This document shows, in pieces, positions 1-14,181 of a stretch of 64,000 nucleotides of DNA; the stretch's first letter is position 1; each line of letters starts with the position of its first letter. The notes below the pieces were generated by a model. That model did no database searches, was not told the origin of the DNA, and saw only the letters and a list, made by a program, of their open reading frames with translations. The translations under genes were made by a program, and so were the position numbers. This DNA is from the human T2T-CHM13v2.0 reference genome, Homo sapiens. The DNA lies in the NCBI RefSeq assembly GCF_009914755.1, contig NC_060939.1; one strand, written 5' to 3'.

Positions 1-470
1 CTCACTGAAATAAAATAATATACAAATACGTTGAGATATATACCATGTTTATGGACCAAAAGATTCAATATTGTTAACATAACAATTCTCCCCAAATTGT
101 GCCACTGGCAAAAGGATAGACATACAGATTAATCATGCAGGCAGCAAAGTCTAGAAATAGACCCATATGTATAAGTTCAATTGAGTTTTGACACATATGC
201 CAAGGTAATTCAATGGTGAGAGGAAGAAATAGTAGCCTTTTTAATAAGTAGTGCTGGAACAACTTTAATGGACATCCCCTCCAAAATTGAAAAAAAAAAT
301 GGACTGTTTAAAACCACACCATATGTAAAAATTAACTTGAAATGGATCATAGTCCTACATGTAAAACCTAAAACTATAAAACCTATAGAAAAAGAACATG
401 GGAGTAGATATTTGTGTCTTTGGGTTAGACAAAGGTATTCCAGAGAGGACATAAAAAGTATAAACCTAAG
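1..470 (+). mobile_element. Old L1 (L1M-type) ORF2 3' fragment
   Basis: Decayed L1 ORF2 motifs (ataccatgtttatggaccaaaagattcaatattgttaa; aaatggatcatagtcctacatgtaaaacctaaaactataaaa). The 268..552 ORF has the L1-like stretch TPYVKINLKWI. Confidence 0.75.
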
Positions 471-574
471 GAAACAAAATATTCGTGCTAATATGCCAGC
501 AGTTTTAACCATCACTGCTTTCACACCATCAATGAAAATATCAATGAACTGAAAAAGGTAAATAAATAAAATCT

Positions 575-900
575 GGCCGGGCGCAGTGGCTCACACCTGT
601 AATCCCAGCACTTTGGGAGGCCAAGGCTGGCAGATCACCTGAGGTCAGGAGTTCGAGACCAGCCTGACCAATATGGTCAAACCCCATCTCTACTAAAAAA
701 ACAAAAATTAGCCGGTTGCGGTATCAGATGCCTGTAATCCCAGATAATCAGGAGGCCGAGGCAGGAAAATAGCTTGCACCTGGAAGACGGAGGTTGCAGT
801 AAGCTGAGATGGCACCACTGCACTCCAGCCTGGGCGACAGAGCAAAACTCCGCCTCAAAAAATAAAGGAAAATAAAATAAAATATAAATATAAATACATA
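575..900 (+). mobile_element. AluS-type element with A-rich tail
   Basis: GGCCGGGCGCAGTGGCTCAC start, dimeric structure, A-rich tail. Confidence 0.95.
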
Positions 901-1009
901 AATAAAATTCTAAATTATTATCCACATAATTTTTACTCATAGTCTCCCCTGAAAATTCTCACAGACCCTAAGGGGTCCATAGACCACTTTGAAAATAACT
1001 TTTTTGCAA

Positions 1010-1310
1010 CAATTAAAAACAATGAACTGCTAACGGATGCATCATACAGGTACAACGTTAAACAAAAGAAGCCAGGCACAAAGGAGAACATATTGTGTAA
1101 TTCCATTTATATAACTTTCAAGAACAGGCTACATTGCACTACGGAAGAAGTCAGAATAATGGCTACCTATGCAGGTTGGAGGAGGAAGGGAATTAACTGA
1201 GAAAGTTCATGGGGGAAAGGACTTCTGGTTCTATATTTTGATTTGGGTAATGGTTTGTGCATTTCACTGTATGAATGTCAATGTCATACTTTAATTAAAA
1301 TATAAAAAGA
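1010..1310 (+). mobile_element. Ancient L1 (L1ME-like) 3' end fragment
   Basis: aaaagaagccaggcacaaagg...ttccatttatataactttcaagaacaggct...aagtcagaataatggctacct resembles the L1ME 3'UTR consensus. Confidence 0.6.
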
Positions 1311-3410
1311 ATATAAACCCTACAGAATAGCTTCCTAATGAAACATTTCTATATTTAGAAGTATTTGATTAAGCATCTTCTAACACTTTTATGCAACAAA
1401 ACCATAGGCAATGGGTCAACTTTAGGAAAGAATTCATAGCACTGAGAATCTGGAAATTCTACTTTGAAAATGATGGAGTATAACATTTATTTCGCATTTA
1501 ATATTTCAATTGTTAAGTACATTTGTATTTATATGTATTTATTTCAATAGATGATTAGTTCCTTAAAGGTAGGAATGTATTTCATGTCTGTTATACTACA
1601 GAATCTGGTACACAGTAGGTGACATTGATTTATTTTCTCATTCATTCATGCAATAAAGATTTCTTTAACATTTATGTGTAAGGTGCTTGCTAGTTCCTGG
1701 GTATATAATGATGGGTCGGTGTGGGGCTCAATAAATTCCTGTTAATAACTGATTGATAATTATCAGCTACATTTCAGAAAAAGTATAACTCTCTTTTCTC
1801 CTGAATTCCGAGTACAGGGGCACTACAGATTTTAACCTTGTTGTAAAAATAACGACACAAAAACACAGAGATGAATTAACTGACTTCTTAGGGTGATGCA
1901 CTTGCTCATGAGTGGGGCAAGGATTAAAATGGTTACAGCTTCTTTCCTGGACTGAGGTGCTAGGGGAATTCATTCAGATTGATTCGGGTTCATATTTCAT
2001 TTAAATGCTCTCATTTCACTTCTGCTACATGCACCTTCTCTGACTTATATTTCAGGACCTGCAGTCTGAATTGGTTTACTTCCACTTCAGATGCTGTCAA
2101 GATAAATTAGACACCAAGGGTCCATGATACCATCTGAAGCAGAACTGCTATTAGTAGGAAATATATAAGCAGTTTTATATTTCAATATAGTGTAGCACTT
2201 TTTTGGAGAATGTACTTTCTACTAAAAATGAAAGTGTATGTAACAAACCTTGGTGAATTTTGAAATGTTAAAAAAAAATTCAAATTTTATTTTACTGTAC
2301 ATTCTCAGGCAAATGTAGTCAAAGGAAGGTAGGTAACACTAAATATTTTTATCTCCTTTCAATGCATCTACAAACCATTCTGTTGAATAAGATCTCACAG
2401 GTTCCTGACTGTGAGCAGAGATAGGGTAACAACTCGGATGATACATAAGCTTGCATCAGATAGACTCCATTTTTGCTGTAATCATCCATCCATAGCCTCG
2501 CCTGCTCAGCTGACAAGGCATGTTATTAATAAAGCATATTGTACCACAAGTGCATTCCCCTACATGGTGTTTATCTTGTTGGAAACTGTAATCGTTTGAA
2601 ACAATGGCCTCAGTGAAAAGATATGAAACGTTATGAGCTATGTAAAAATCAAAATAATTTGTACTAATAATGGTAGTTGTTTGTGAAGGATTAAAACATA
2701 GATGAATGCATAGAGTTAATGACTCGGTCTTGCTTTTAGGTTTACTTTTTATTCTAGTCCTGTGAGATAACCTTAATTTCAAGCCAAGCCTGGTGGAGAG
2801 ACAAAGTTCCCCCACCAGAAATTAAACTCCACTTTGGCTTACCCACCAATGTCTCCCTAGCACATAGCACAGTACTGGGAAGACAGTCAACATGTAATAT
2901 TTGTTAAATGAAAGAAATGAATAAATATGAGTATAAGAGAAAAACGGAACACCTTTCAGGTTAAAGCCAAGCCATTATCAGAGCTCCTCCAGGATGTGAT
3001 TCAAAGAAATAGAGGTGGACTCAATCTCCAGGGGACAAGTACTCCCATATTGCTTCCCTTTCACCCTCTCCCAATTCAGCCAATGGGACTCCCACATTGC
3101 CGAGCCAGTGGAGAAGCCCCAGGTATAGAATCCAGGTAGGAAAAGATGAAGTATGCCCTTTCCCATCTCCCTGCACCCTCCCCAATCCCACCCAATAAGA
3201 TCTGGATGTGTTCTTGCAGTTTTCAATCTGAATTCTCTTGGAACAATTTTAAAAGGGACTTCAGCTCTCCTCTGATTTTTAATAACAGAATGCCAGGTAG
3301 AACAGCCTGCATGTATTTTAGCCCCTCACCACTGTGAGGGTCTAGGAGAAAAGTAAGATCTTAGGAAGATAGACAGATGGAAGGCCAGGTCTTGAAATGG
3401 AGCTGGTTCA

Positions 3411-4130
<720 letters not shown>

Positions 4131-4229
4131 TAGAACAATTTAGAGGTGATGAAGAAGAGTAGATACAGAAACATTCTGAGGTAGAGGAAAGGAAAAATGA
4201 AGGAACTTGTTGGGGCCTAAGCCACAGCC

Positions 4230-4800
4230 ACTTTTTTTCTGGCAAAATTTGATGCTGTTCTGATTATATCCTTCCATGTGTTCACAAAGGGTGATTTCTC
4301 TCCCCAGCGTGAGGAGTAGATTACGATTAGTGTCATTCCTCTTACAAATAATCAGTTTAGGATTCGTGTGTGACACAATTATGCCTAGTGGGACTCAGTT
4401 CTGCTAGAAGCCTCTAAAAAGGGTTTCCCTTCCTTTATTGTGAGATGGAGGGAGGGAGGGGGAGAGACAGAGAGAGAGGGAGAGAGGGAGAAAGGGAGAG
4501 AGAGAGAGAAATAGTATTCCTATACTTTGCTACTTTGCTGGATGCCCGACTGTATTTGACATCAAGACAAGCAGACGCCATCGTATAGCCATGAAGGGAC
4601 ATGACAGGAGAAATTACCATCATGTGAAGATGGCAGAGCAGAAAGAAGAATCCCACTTCAATCTTGGACAACTTCCCTAAGTTATTTGACTAACCAATAG
4701 TGGAACCACCTTTCTCCAAACTTCTTATTTTATGGGATAATAAATTCCATATTTTTCAAATTTCCACCTCTAGTCAGGTTTCCTGTTGTTTGCACTTTTG
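4230..4800 (+). mobile_element. Old MaLR LTR (MLT1 family) with internal (GA)n tract
   Basis: gaagatggcagagcagaaaga...ccacctttctccaaacttcttattttatgggataataaattcc matches MLT1 3' halves; GA repeat 4448-4510. Confidence 0.6.
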
Positions 4801-6269
4801 TTCATACCTTTTTTTTTCTACTAAAGGAGGAAGTGAGGGCATGTGTTATGAATGTGAAATCTGGAAGTTAAAAAGTTTGAAACAGATATTTCAGTTTTCA
4901 CTTATAGCCTCCTTCCATCTTCTTCCCCCTCCCCAACTCCTACTGGATTCAGACAAGGGCCAGGACACAAGGCTGAATGCAAAAGGACCCCTCCCTTCCC
5001 AAGACTTTATCTTTGTTCCTAGCTCAAGCTCAGTGTGTCTGGCTCCTTCTTCCTCAAAGATTTGTTCTGTCCCAGGAGGCTCCTCAATCGCTCCAGTCAA
5101 TTGGCTTCTAGAGCCTTGCCCTATCAGTTCCACAGATACATCCACACGTCTGAACTCCAGCCACAGTTTAGACTCAAGTGGGGAGCTCCCACCGCAGCAC
5201 CGTTCTGTACCTGTAACTAGCAATGGTTTGTAGCCTTTGAGCAGCAATAGGGAATGAAACTGCCGAGAATTTAGGGATGGAAACTGGCACAGGCATGGGA
5301 AACCGTTTGAGAATGCAGGAGTTAGCTGGGTTTACTAGATTATAACTCTTATGAAGACCACATAGCACACAACTCAGCATATAAATTAGTCTTAACACAT
5401 ATACATTGAATTTCTTTGAAATGACCAAATTGTAGGCAGATAAAATGGCTTCCTTTTACAGAATCTTCCCTTCAGAGAGTGCCTTTCAATGGCACCACCT
5501 TCCCTCCACCCAAAATAAAACCTTCAACATTTTCACCTTAAGTGAAATGTTTATAACACACTTTGAAATAGTGAGTGTGGTGAAGATAGTTCTATTCAAT
5601 CTGCTACGAAGAAACAAGACACAAAGATCTGACTTGGCCACCATCCCCGAAGGCATCCGTGGCAGAACTGGGATGGTCCCTCATTCCCCAGTGGTCTCAA
5701 GCGTTTGTTCTGATGTCCCTGTATGTAATCGTTTTGATAGCAATTTTCCTGGTTCTCTCTCACTAGCTTGCTAACTACGCATGTCAATCACATTCAGGAA
5801 CACCATGGGCCTAAGGGTCAGCCACATCTCAGGAGAATGTGATTCAAAAGAGGACACAAGGCATAATATAGCACTTTCTCCTTCTAGCATGTATGTCAGT
5901 TGCGTTGCGGCCTCGAAAGTCTGACAATGTGTAAAGAGAGTGTTGCATTTTTTTTCCTTCCCCCAGATGCAGAAAGGAAAGGATTTATGAAGTACTCTGA
6001 CCACAATTTTAAAGCAAGTGAGAAACCCAACAGTGTAAGATCCTCTTACTAGAGAACACTCAATGGTACTGAAAGAGTTCTCCACCTAAACTCTAAAGAA
6101 CCCGAAGAGAGGTCCAGTTTTTTCCTCCCAAAGATCCATCTCCAGAGCTTCACTCCCTAGTCCGTTAGGGAAGCCGGGACGGTGGGAGAGCCACAGATAC
6201 TCTTTCTCCTACGGAACCCTTGGACCTCTTGCCCCGTTTCCCTGTCACTTTAGGGAGCAGCACGCAGGA

Positions 6270-6910
6270 GACTAGAGGCCAGGGTCCAAGCCCGCAGCCG
6301 TAGCAGGCCGGACGGAGAAAGCGGGCCGGAAGGGCAGCGTCGCGGTGCTGGAGGCTGTTGCTGGGAGGCGTGGATTCTGGAAAGTGCGTGTGCGCGTCCC
6401 TGGAGCACCGCCCGCGGAGCCGATTGGCCCGGACGCGCGGCGGGGGAAGCCCTTGGCTAATCTCCTGCCACTCAGCCTGGCTGACGTCGGCGCCCGGGAT
6501 GCAGCGCCGCGAACCTCTCGCCCCGCCGGGCCGGGCCGCGCGCGGAAGGACAAATAGTTCCGGCGGCAGTGCCGCGCACCTCTACGCGGCTCTGCTCGCC
6601 CCGCCCGGGCTGCCGAGCCCGAGGCAGGGGTGGCGGGAAGTGGGGGCGGGCGGAGCAGGGCCGGCCTGTGCGGCTCTCGGACCCCGGCTCCGCTCTTTGC
6701 GGCCAGACGGGTGGATTGCGCTCCCTAGGGAAGAGTAATTGGATTCCAGGCTCCCTCCAGCCGGGATCAGCGGAAGTCGGCTGCTAAGCCTGCAGCCTGG
6801 GAGGGGCGTGTGGGGAGGAAGGAAAGGTGGGGAGCGCCGCCGGGAGGGACACGGTGAAACCACTGTCCTCTTAAGTGCCTGCGTGCTTGTTTCTGTACAG
6901 GCCGCATCGG
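6270..6910. promoter_or_regulatory. CpG island with promoter-type motifs and no associated coding gene in the window
   Basis: Sharp GC/CpG-rich block. Inverted CCAAT 6423-6427, CRE-like TGACGTC 6482-6488, E2F-like GGCGGGAA 6632-6639, GC box 6643-6650, ETS cores CCGGAAG 6326-6332 and CGGAAGT 6771-6777. Confidence 0.85.
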
Positions 6911-7389
6911 GAAGCTGGGTATAGAGAAGGATTAACAGATTGCACCCTGGTGACCTTTCCCCTCAGGCACGTGACTCTTGCCCCTTCCAAGTTGTCATCC
7001 TCATTGTGAAATTCACCTGGTAGCTGATACTCAGGAGAGGAATACTTTGGAAGCCTGAGTCTTCTAGCCATCACCCTTCTGTTTTTCTCTCAAAGCTCCA
7101 CTTGGAGCTCAGCTGGAGAAGGAACCCTGTGAAGTCTGGAATTGGACATGTCTCTTATTAACGAAGTAATTGTGGAGAAAACAGCATTCTTACCACTATC
7201 ATCCAGGAAAGTATCCCAAGTCCCTTCCTTGGCAGTAGCAAACTTCCCTTAATTCCCTTCCCCTTGAGGAGATGCAGCCAGAATGAGAGCCTTAAGCAGA
7301 GTTTTTGGGTGAAATGATAGGCATGTTCTAGGAATTGTGACTTAAACTTGGACCTCTTGTGATTTTTTTTCTTTTCATCTTAATTACTG

Positions 7390-8640
7390 CATTTCACTCA
7401 TTCATCATGAAATAAACTCTTACTGAAGGCTTTGTTTGTTCCAGGCTCTGTTCTACTTATCAGACATACGTCAGTGAGTAAAACGAATGCACTCATGGAA
7501 CCTCATTACAGTTGCTCTAGTGGGGGAAATAGTACATTTACAATCATATACAATTGTATAATGTCATGTAGGGAAGAGCGCTATGAAGAAAAAGAGCAGA
7601 AGGACGAAGTATGCAGATGAGAGTTGAACATTATTTTATATTTTAGATAAGTTGATTGAAGAAGGCCTCTTTGAGGAAGTTATGTTTAAACAGAGGTCTA
7701 GATAAAAGAGGTAGAAAGCCAAGCAAATATTGGGGTTGGGGGGGTTGGGGAGAAGATTCTGGGCAGAAGTAAGAGCAAGTGCCAAGGCTCTGCAGCCAGA
7801 GACAGTTTGGTGAGTCTGAATTAGTAGAAAGGAGGCCAATGTGAATGCTGTGCAGTAAGCCAGAAAAACAGTTAGAAATAAGGCTGGAGATGGGGTGATG
7901 AGTATGTGCATGCTTGGCATTTACTTTTAACATAATTTGAAACTTCTCTAAGTTTTGTATGCACTAAAGTGTCCTGCATTCTTCCTGTGTCTCCACCAGA
8001 CACTACATTTCATTTCATTCAGAGACACCACTTTTTTTCCTCTTGGTCTAGCAGTAAGTGTTTATTTCTGTTTTTCTCTCACCCTCTTCTACTGATCTAT
8101 AACTATTGGTTCAAATGTTTCTTCTGTGCAGATCCTTATCTTTAATGTCACCTTTTTTTCCCCCAACTTGTATATTTGCCTCTTTATCTCATCAACGTAT
8201 CTAACTGGACGTCCTGCCATCTTTCGGTTTCGACAGGTCTAAAACCAATCTCATAATCTCATTATCTTTCCAAAATCACTTCCCTTCTTTCTCATTGATA
8301 CCACTGCTATCTCTGCCACCCAAGCTGAAAACACTGATGTCATTTTTTACCTGTTCCTTCCCTTTATTTCTTTTATCCAGTCATCTCAGGGCCTTCAATT
8401 TATCCTTTAAAATACCTCCTCTGTCAGATCCCTTCCTCTGTCTCTACTTCAGGTTCTCTGTCTAAGCCCTTAAATGCAGCCAGCTAGGCTTAGTTCAGCA
8501 GTTTCTATGTGGCCTTTCTGACTTCCTTCTCGCTCTGCTCCAATCTAACTTGCCAGAATAATGGTTCTGAATCTTCACTCTTAGCACATTTCTTTGTGCT
8601 TCAGCACCTTTATGGCTACATTTTCTATTTCCTTAAATTT
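7390..8640. mobile_element. L2 (LINE-2) fragments
   Basis: L2 3'-end-like motifs (tcattcatca...ttactgaaggctttgtttgttccaggctctgttcta; gaaggcctctttgaggaagttatgtttaaacagaggtcta). Confidence 0.55.
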
Positions 8641-8659
8641 AAACTCTTGTGACTGAATC

Positions 8660-8972
<313 letters not shown>

Positions 8973-9302
8973 TGACTGAATTTCAAGCTCTTGCCCCAGC
9001 CTAGTTCTCTTCTACTCTGTGAACCACTCCTCAGTCTACCACTTCCATTTTAGTTAGGTTTGCCCCAGAAGTACATTTATATTCACTCATTCCTATATGT
9101 ATTTGTTTATGGATCTATCCTCAAATAATTTAGTATTTGATTCAGTAAGGATCCATTGGTTACAAGTGACATAAAATCCAACCCAAATTGGTGTAAAGTG
9201 AGAAGGGAATGTATTCTCACATACCTGAAAAGTTGAAGATAGTTCTGTTAGATATGGCTTGGCTGAAGAGTTCCAATTATATCATCAAGATTCAGATTCT
9301 CC

Positions 9303-9402
9303 ACTTGAACCTGCACAGAGGTTGCAGTGAGCTTGAGATTGCACCATTGCACTCCAGCCTGGGTGACAGAGCAAGATTCTGTCTCAAAAAAAAAAAAAAA
9401 AA
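9303..9402 (+). mobile_element. 5'-truncated Alu (right-arm 3' part)
   Basis: gaggttgcagtgagc...ctgtctc-polyA flanked by TSD TCAGATTCTCC. Confidence 0.9.
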
Positions 9403-10334
9403 GAGAGTCAGATTCTCCCCCACATGTTAGCGCTCTCCTCTGCTGTTTGCTTCATTCATTCCACAAATGAGCAACCAGAAGCTCCAGACCATCCTCACTA
9501 CTAGCAAAGGTCAAGCGCCCATTCTTTTGTCAGCCAATCACTGTAGCCAAAAGAATGAGATGCTCAGATTGGCCTGGACTGATTCACAAGCCCATCCCAG
9601 GAGTTGTGTCTATCAGTAACATATGAATGGCACAGATGATTTTTACTTAAAATAGGGGTATGGTTATCAGAAGAAGCACAGATGTGCCCTGGGTAATGGA
9701 AACAGCAGACACAAACACATCCCTGGTATTTTATTGAGGTCTCCAAACATTCTTCCCCTACATATGCCTTCAATGATATCTATGGCTACTCAATGTAACA
9801 ATGTTTTTTTACCACCCAAAATGTACTCACATCTAGGTCCTACAAATAACTCCAAGTCCAGGATAGTAAGGTGATATGCATGCCTCTATATCATAAAGCA
9901 ATTTGATAAAGTTCTTCATGGCCTAGTAACCTAAGGCTGTATGATAAAATTAACTAGAAAATACTTAATATATAATGACAGAAAAAAAGAACAACTGCAA
10001 TGAAAATGCATATTTGGAAATATGAATAATGACAAACACAAAATGTCTCTAATTCATAGCATATGTCATATCTTGCTAGACAGGAATAGCAAGGGCTTCC
10101 TAACATGAGAGGGGAGAAAGTTCTTTGATCAACCAATCTGGCTGCCATATGTTCTATTTCTGGAGGACCTCTCATTCATTGTTCCTCCATGGCTATGTCT
10201 GTAATGGACAATGGGAGGATAATCCTTTAGGGACTACACCTCTTCAGCATTCTCCTTCCTGATCTAGTGGGAATTGAAAAATCACTTCCTATGGCAAAGA
10301 TAATTAGCTTTTACCACCCAAGAGTTGTGAACCT

Positions 10335-10690
10335 CTTCTGTTGTATACAATTGTTGCTGGGAAGTAGCTACCTAGCCAGGGGCTACATTTCCCAGCCTCC
10401 TTGTTAACTTTGGTAAAGTCACATGACTGTCTCCATTGGAATATGAGTGAAAGTGATGTGTACCACTTCTAGCCAATTTGGTTAAGTAGTAGGTATGCCT
10501 TTGCCAGTCTCTTTTTCCCTCTTCTGGCTGCACTGAAAGGTCTCTAAGAACCTGGAGGACATTAGAGCCATAAGATAGAAGGAGTCTGGGTAGTTGAATG
10601 ATTTTGTAGAAGACCACCTGCTACTTAGGGGCACTGATGTTAGACTTTACAAAAGTGAAAAATAAATATCTATTGTGTTAAGCTTAAGTA
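10335..10690 (+). mobile_element. Old ERVL-class LTR (LTR16/LTR33-like)
   Basis: ctacatttcccagcctccttg...catgact...gaaagtgatgtgtaccacttct motif. Confidence 0.5.
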
Positions 10691-10747
10691 ACCTAGCCTT
10701 TCTTCTCCACACTTAGGATTTCTCTCACAGTACAATTTTCTTTAATT

Positions 10748-11053
10748 CTTTTTTTTTTTTTTTTTTTTTTGAGACAAAGTCTTGTTCTTGTTGCCCAGGC
10801 TGGAGTGCAGTGGTGCTATCTCAGTTCATGCAATGTCCACCTCTCGGGTTCAAGCAATTCTCCCACCTCAGCCTCCTGAGTAGCTGGGATTTCAGGTGTG
10901 TGCCACCACACCTGGCTAATTTTTGCATTTTTAGTAGAGACAGGGTTTCACCATGTTGGCCAGGCTGGTCTTGAACTCCTGACCTCGGGTGATCCGCCTG
11001 CCTCGGCCTCCCAAAGTGCTAGGATTAGAGGCATGAGCCACTGTGCCTCGCCC
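10748..11053 (-). mobile_element. AluS element
   Basis: Full antisense Alu; TSD TTTTCTTTAATTCTT. Confidence 0.95.
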
Positions 11054-12494
11054 AGTTTTCTTTAATTCTTAGTAAACTTCTAGTCTATTTGCATCTGGCC
11101 AATTCCATAGGGGGAGAATTCCAAAGCCAGAGGGTTTTTTTTAAGCTTCAGTCTTTGAATCTAGATTTTCATCTGAGCATTTTTGTCTTTTAGTAATAGG
11201 CCTTGGTATTCTAACTTAGAGGCCTCTATTTTGGTTTCTGCCTGATAACAATTTGAAACAATAGCCACTGGGTTTGCAAGGGGAGGGAGTGATGATGGTG
11301 TGTGAGCTGGTGGTGGAGGGAGTAGAGTGGAATAACTATTACCTTTCTCAGCAGGCAGGAATTGCTTGAAAGAGGCCTGAGTGTATTAAGACTTCTCCCT
11401 AGTGCCAATGTTATCCATTCTTGCCTTCATTAACATTAACATCCTCTTGGGGCTTTTTCAACCCTTTATGGCTCCAGATTATTGATGTTTCTGTCATCTT
11501 TTATTGCAGCCTATAAGCAAAAATGTTCACTTGTAACAAAGTGGTATCTTTTCCTCTCTGCCTTAGATAAATCAATCTTAGTCCTAAGTTTGAGCCTTTC
11601 TTAAAGGACATTACTAAAAACTAACAAGTAATAGTTGATATATTTTAGTATCCGACCTTTTAACAACAGGCCCTTTTACATTTTATCCTTGATAGGCACA
11701 TGTTCTGAATCCCACTATACAACAGGTGCCAGTTTAACCTACTGCTTTGGTATCGAAGTCCCAGCCTGATACCAATGAGGCCTCATCTGAATCAGCTACT
11801 TCAACATTTCTGGATCTTTCTGTTACTAATCCCCATTCCTGGTATCAATTTATGAATTGTTAGAGCTATTTTAGTGAAAAACTAGTTATATATTTAGCTT
11901 AAGGCATAGTTTGATCCAAGGGCTTAAGCAATGTCATTAGAATTCTATTTCTTTTCATCTCTTGACTCTGTCTTGTGTGCTGGCTTCATTTTTAGGCTCC
12001 ATGTGGTGGCTGCTGACAGCTCCAGTTTACATAATCCTTACTGTTAGCAATCTCAGTGGAAGAGTGCATGCTTCCTTCCCACAGGTGCCAGCAATAGTCT
12101 TCTTACATTTCACTGGCTCTGATTGGGATATGTGGCTAGAGGAATCCAGTAGCTCAGGTCTGATTCATGTCATTAATGTTTTTGAAAATGAAGTTCACTC
12201 CACCCAAAAGACATTGACTGAAGTAACAGAAGAGGAAAATCAGGGGATGGTTACCAGAAGAAGGGTGAATGTTAGTAAGAGGCAAACAAACGGAGTATCT
12301 CATTAGATGACAATGTGTAGTGTTTCCTAATTGCTTCACATGTGTTGGTTTTATCTCCTTCACTGGGCTGACTGTAAGTGTCTCAAGAGCAAGATCATGT
12401 ATTATATGTCTTAACAGTGCCACCTCAGCAGGCGGTCCTTAGATACTGGCTGATTTATGGCCTCTTCTTTTATTACTAAAGATGGCACACTCTA

Positions 12495-12925
12495 AGAAGG
12501 TAACAAGAGCTTAATAAAGGGATAATTTATAGAGGGATGGGAATGGTTAAGGGAACCAACAAGGAATGGTAAAGTACTTAAGGACTGGCAACAATGGGAG
12601 ACCTTAAGCTTGAAGGAACAGGGGAGGGGAGCTATTAGTGGAACCCTGTAAGAGCTGTAGCTTGGAAAGGGATGCCTGACAAAGGCTGTTACTATAAATA
12701 AAGAAATACAGTCACTGCCAAAATGTGGCCCAGCAAAGGACCGGGGAATAAACACTTGTCCTCTTTTCCTCCCATCCTCCAAACTTCTGTTGGTACCTCC
12801 CATTGACCAAACCAGAAACCAGAGGGCTTGTGTGGCACAGTCTGTAGAGTTCAGCTGCCAGTAAAAAGCAAGACAAATAGGGTAAAAAATGGATCTGTAG
12901 GTGCAAATGGAAAATTGCCAGGACA
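12495..12925. mobile_element. Old ERVL-class LTR fragment
   Basis: ttaataaagggataatttatagaggg...aagggaaccaacaagg...cctcccattgaccaaaccagaaaccagaggg are motifs typical of ancient LTRs. Confidence 0.45.
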
Positions 12926-13869
12926 CCCCTCTTATATTCCTTGAGCAACCCTAAGTACAAGCAATTCCTATTCTGTAAGTGTTAACCATATAGACTGGAT
13001 TTATCTGGAAAATATAACTTTACCCTTTTCAACAGACTTGTTAAATATATAGCCAATGTGGTTTGATTTTAATAGCATTTTAAGACTTTAACATTCATGA
13101 ATTCATAAAAAGTCTTTTGTTAGCCCATGTAGTTGAAAAGGTGTCGTCATTGTATTGATATGGAACTCCTCAAGAATATTGTACCTGGCAATCCATCAGA
13201 AAGTCCTGGCACAGCACTCGTCAGAGTGACAAATTTGATAAATATTTGATGATTTGAAGAATGATTAAATGAATAAATTAAAGCATTTCAAGCCAGAAGA
13301 CTGTAAGTGGAAAACTAGATGGGTTTTCCTTGTTAGAGGTTGATAATAACTATACAACATCTACCAATCCTGTCCCGTAAAGCCTGACCATCAGCTTCCT
13401 AGCTGTTGATCAAGATCTTATCTCTTACAGAAAATAGAACCAAATAAATTTTGTCAATCTTCAGAAGTTTCATAATTAATTGTCATGCTAATAAATTCAC
13501 TATAAAGTCAATTTCAGTTAAGGGACTATTATATTTCCTATCTAAAACTCGGTTTCCTCATGGAATTGTCACTCAGATGTAAGAAAAATAAATATACTTG
13601 CTTCGATATGTAAACTAGGACTATAAGTGCCAGTCCAAACTTTCTCTAAAAGATTTTATAGTTAAGCCCAAAATCTATACCGCTGTTCTTTCACAATCCT
13701 GTGTATATAGGACTTAAAGTCCTATACTTAAAGTCCTGTGTATGTAAGACTTAAGTTTACAAAATACTTTCTTATGTGGCACCATTCATTTATTCAAACA
13801 AAAAATACTACTGAGCACATGCTATGTGCCACACGTAATCCCTGCCCTCAAAGAACTTACAATAGAATA

Positions 13870-14015
13870 GTACTTCTTAAACTTTTATGAGACTGTGAAT
13901 CACCTGAGAATCTTGTGAAACTACAGATTCTAATTCGCTAAGTCTGGGATGGGCCCTGAGACTACATTTCTAACCAGCTCCCTGGTGATGCTGATACCAC
14001 TTGGAGTAGCAAAAG
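13870..14015. mobile_element. MER5A-like hAT DNA transposon
   Basis: gaatcacctgagaatcttgtgaaactacagattctaattc...tctgggatgggccctgagactacatttctaaccagctccctggtgatgctgat. Confidence 0.75.
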
Positions 14016-14181
14016 TCTAATGGATTTATTTAATCTTCACCACAACCACATCATAGGAAAAGTATCAGTGTTTTGTTTCTTATCTGGAGCACTTAACTAT
14101 ATACAAACACTGTGCTATGTCTTTTGTAGATAAACAATTCAGTTAGATATAGAGATATAGGCTTTTAGGAAACTCACTATA

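Larger units (their letters stand above)
9140..12300 (-). mobile_element. Ancient MLT1-type MaLR element, probably LTR-internal-LTR, interrupted by younger repeats
   Basis: Same-orientation MLT1-like LTRs at ~9140-9720 and ~11855-12300. The minus strand reads AATTGATACCAGGAATGGG right after the right LTR, like the MaLR/ERVL internal 5' start. Confidence 0.5.

Noticed and set aside
4700-5247. 177-aa (+) and 118-aa (-) ORFs
   Set aside because: Non-ATG starts, partly overlapping an LTR, no recognisable family or splice context.
6272-6924. ORFs of 61-126 aa in the upstream CpG island
   Set aside because: GC-driven, mostly non-ATG starts, no recognisable domain.
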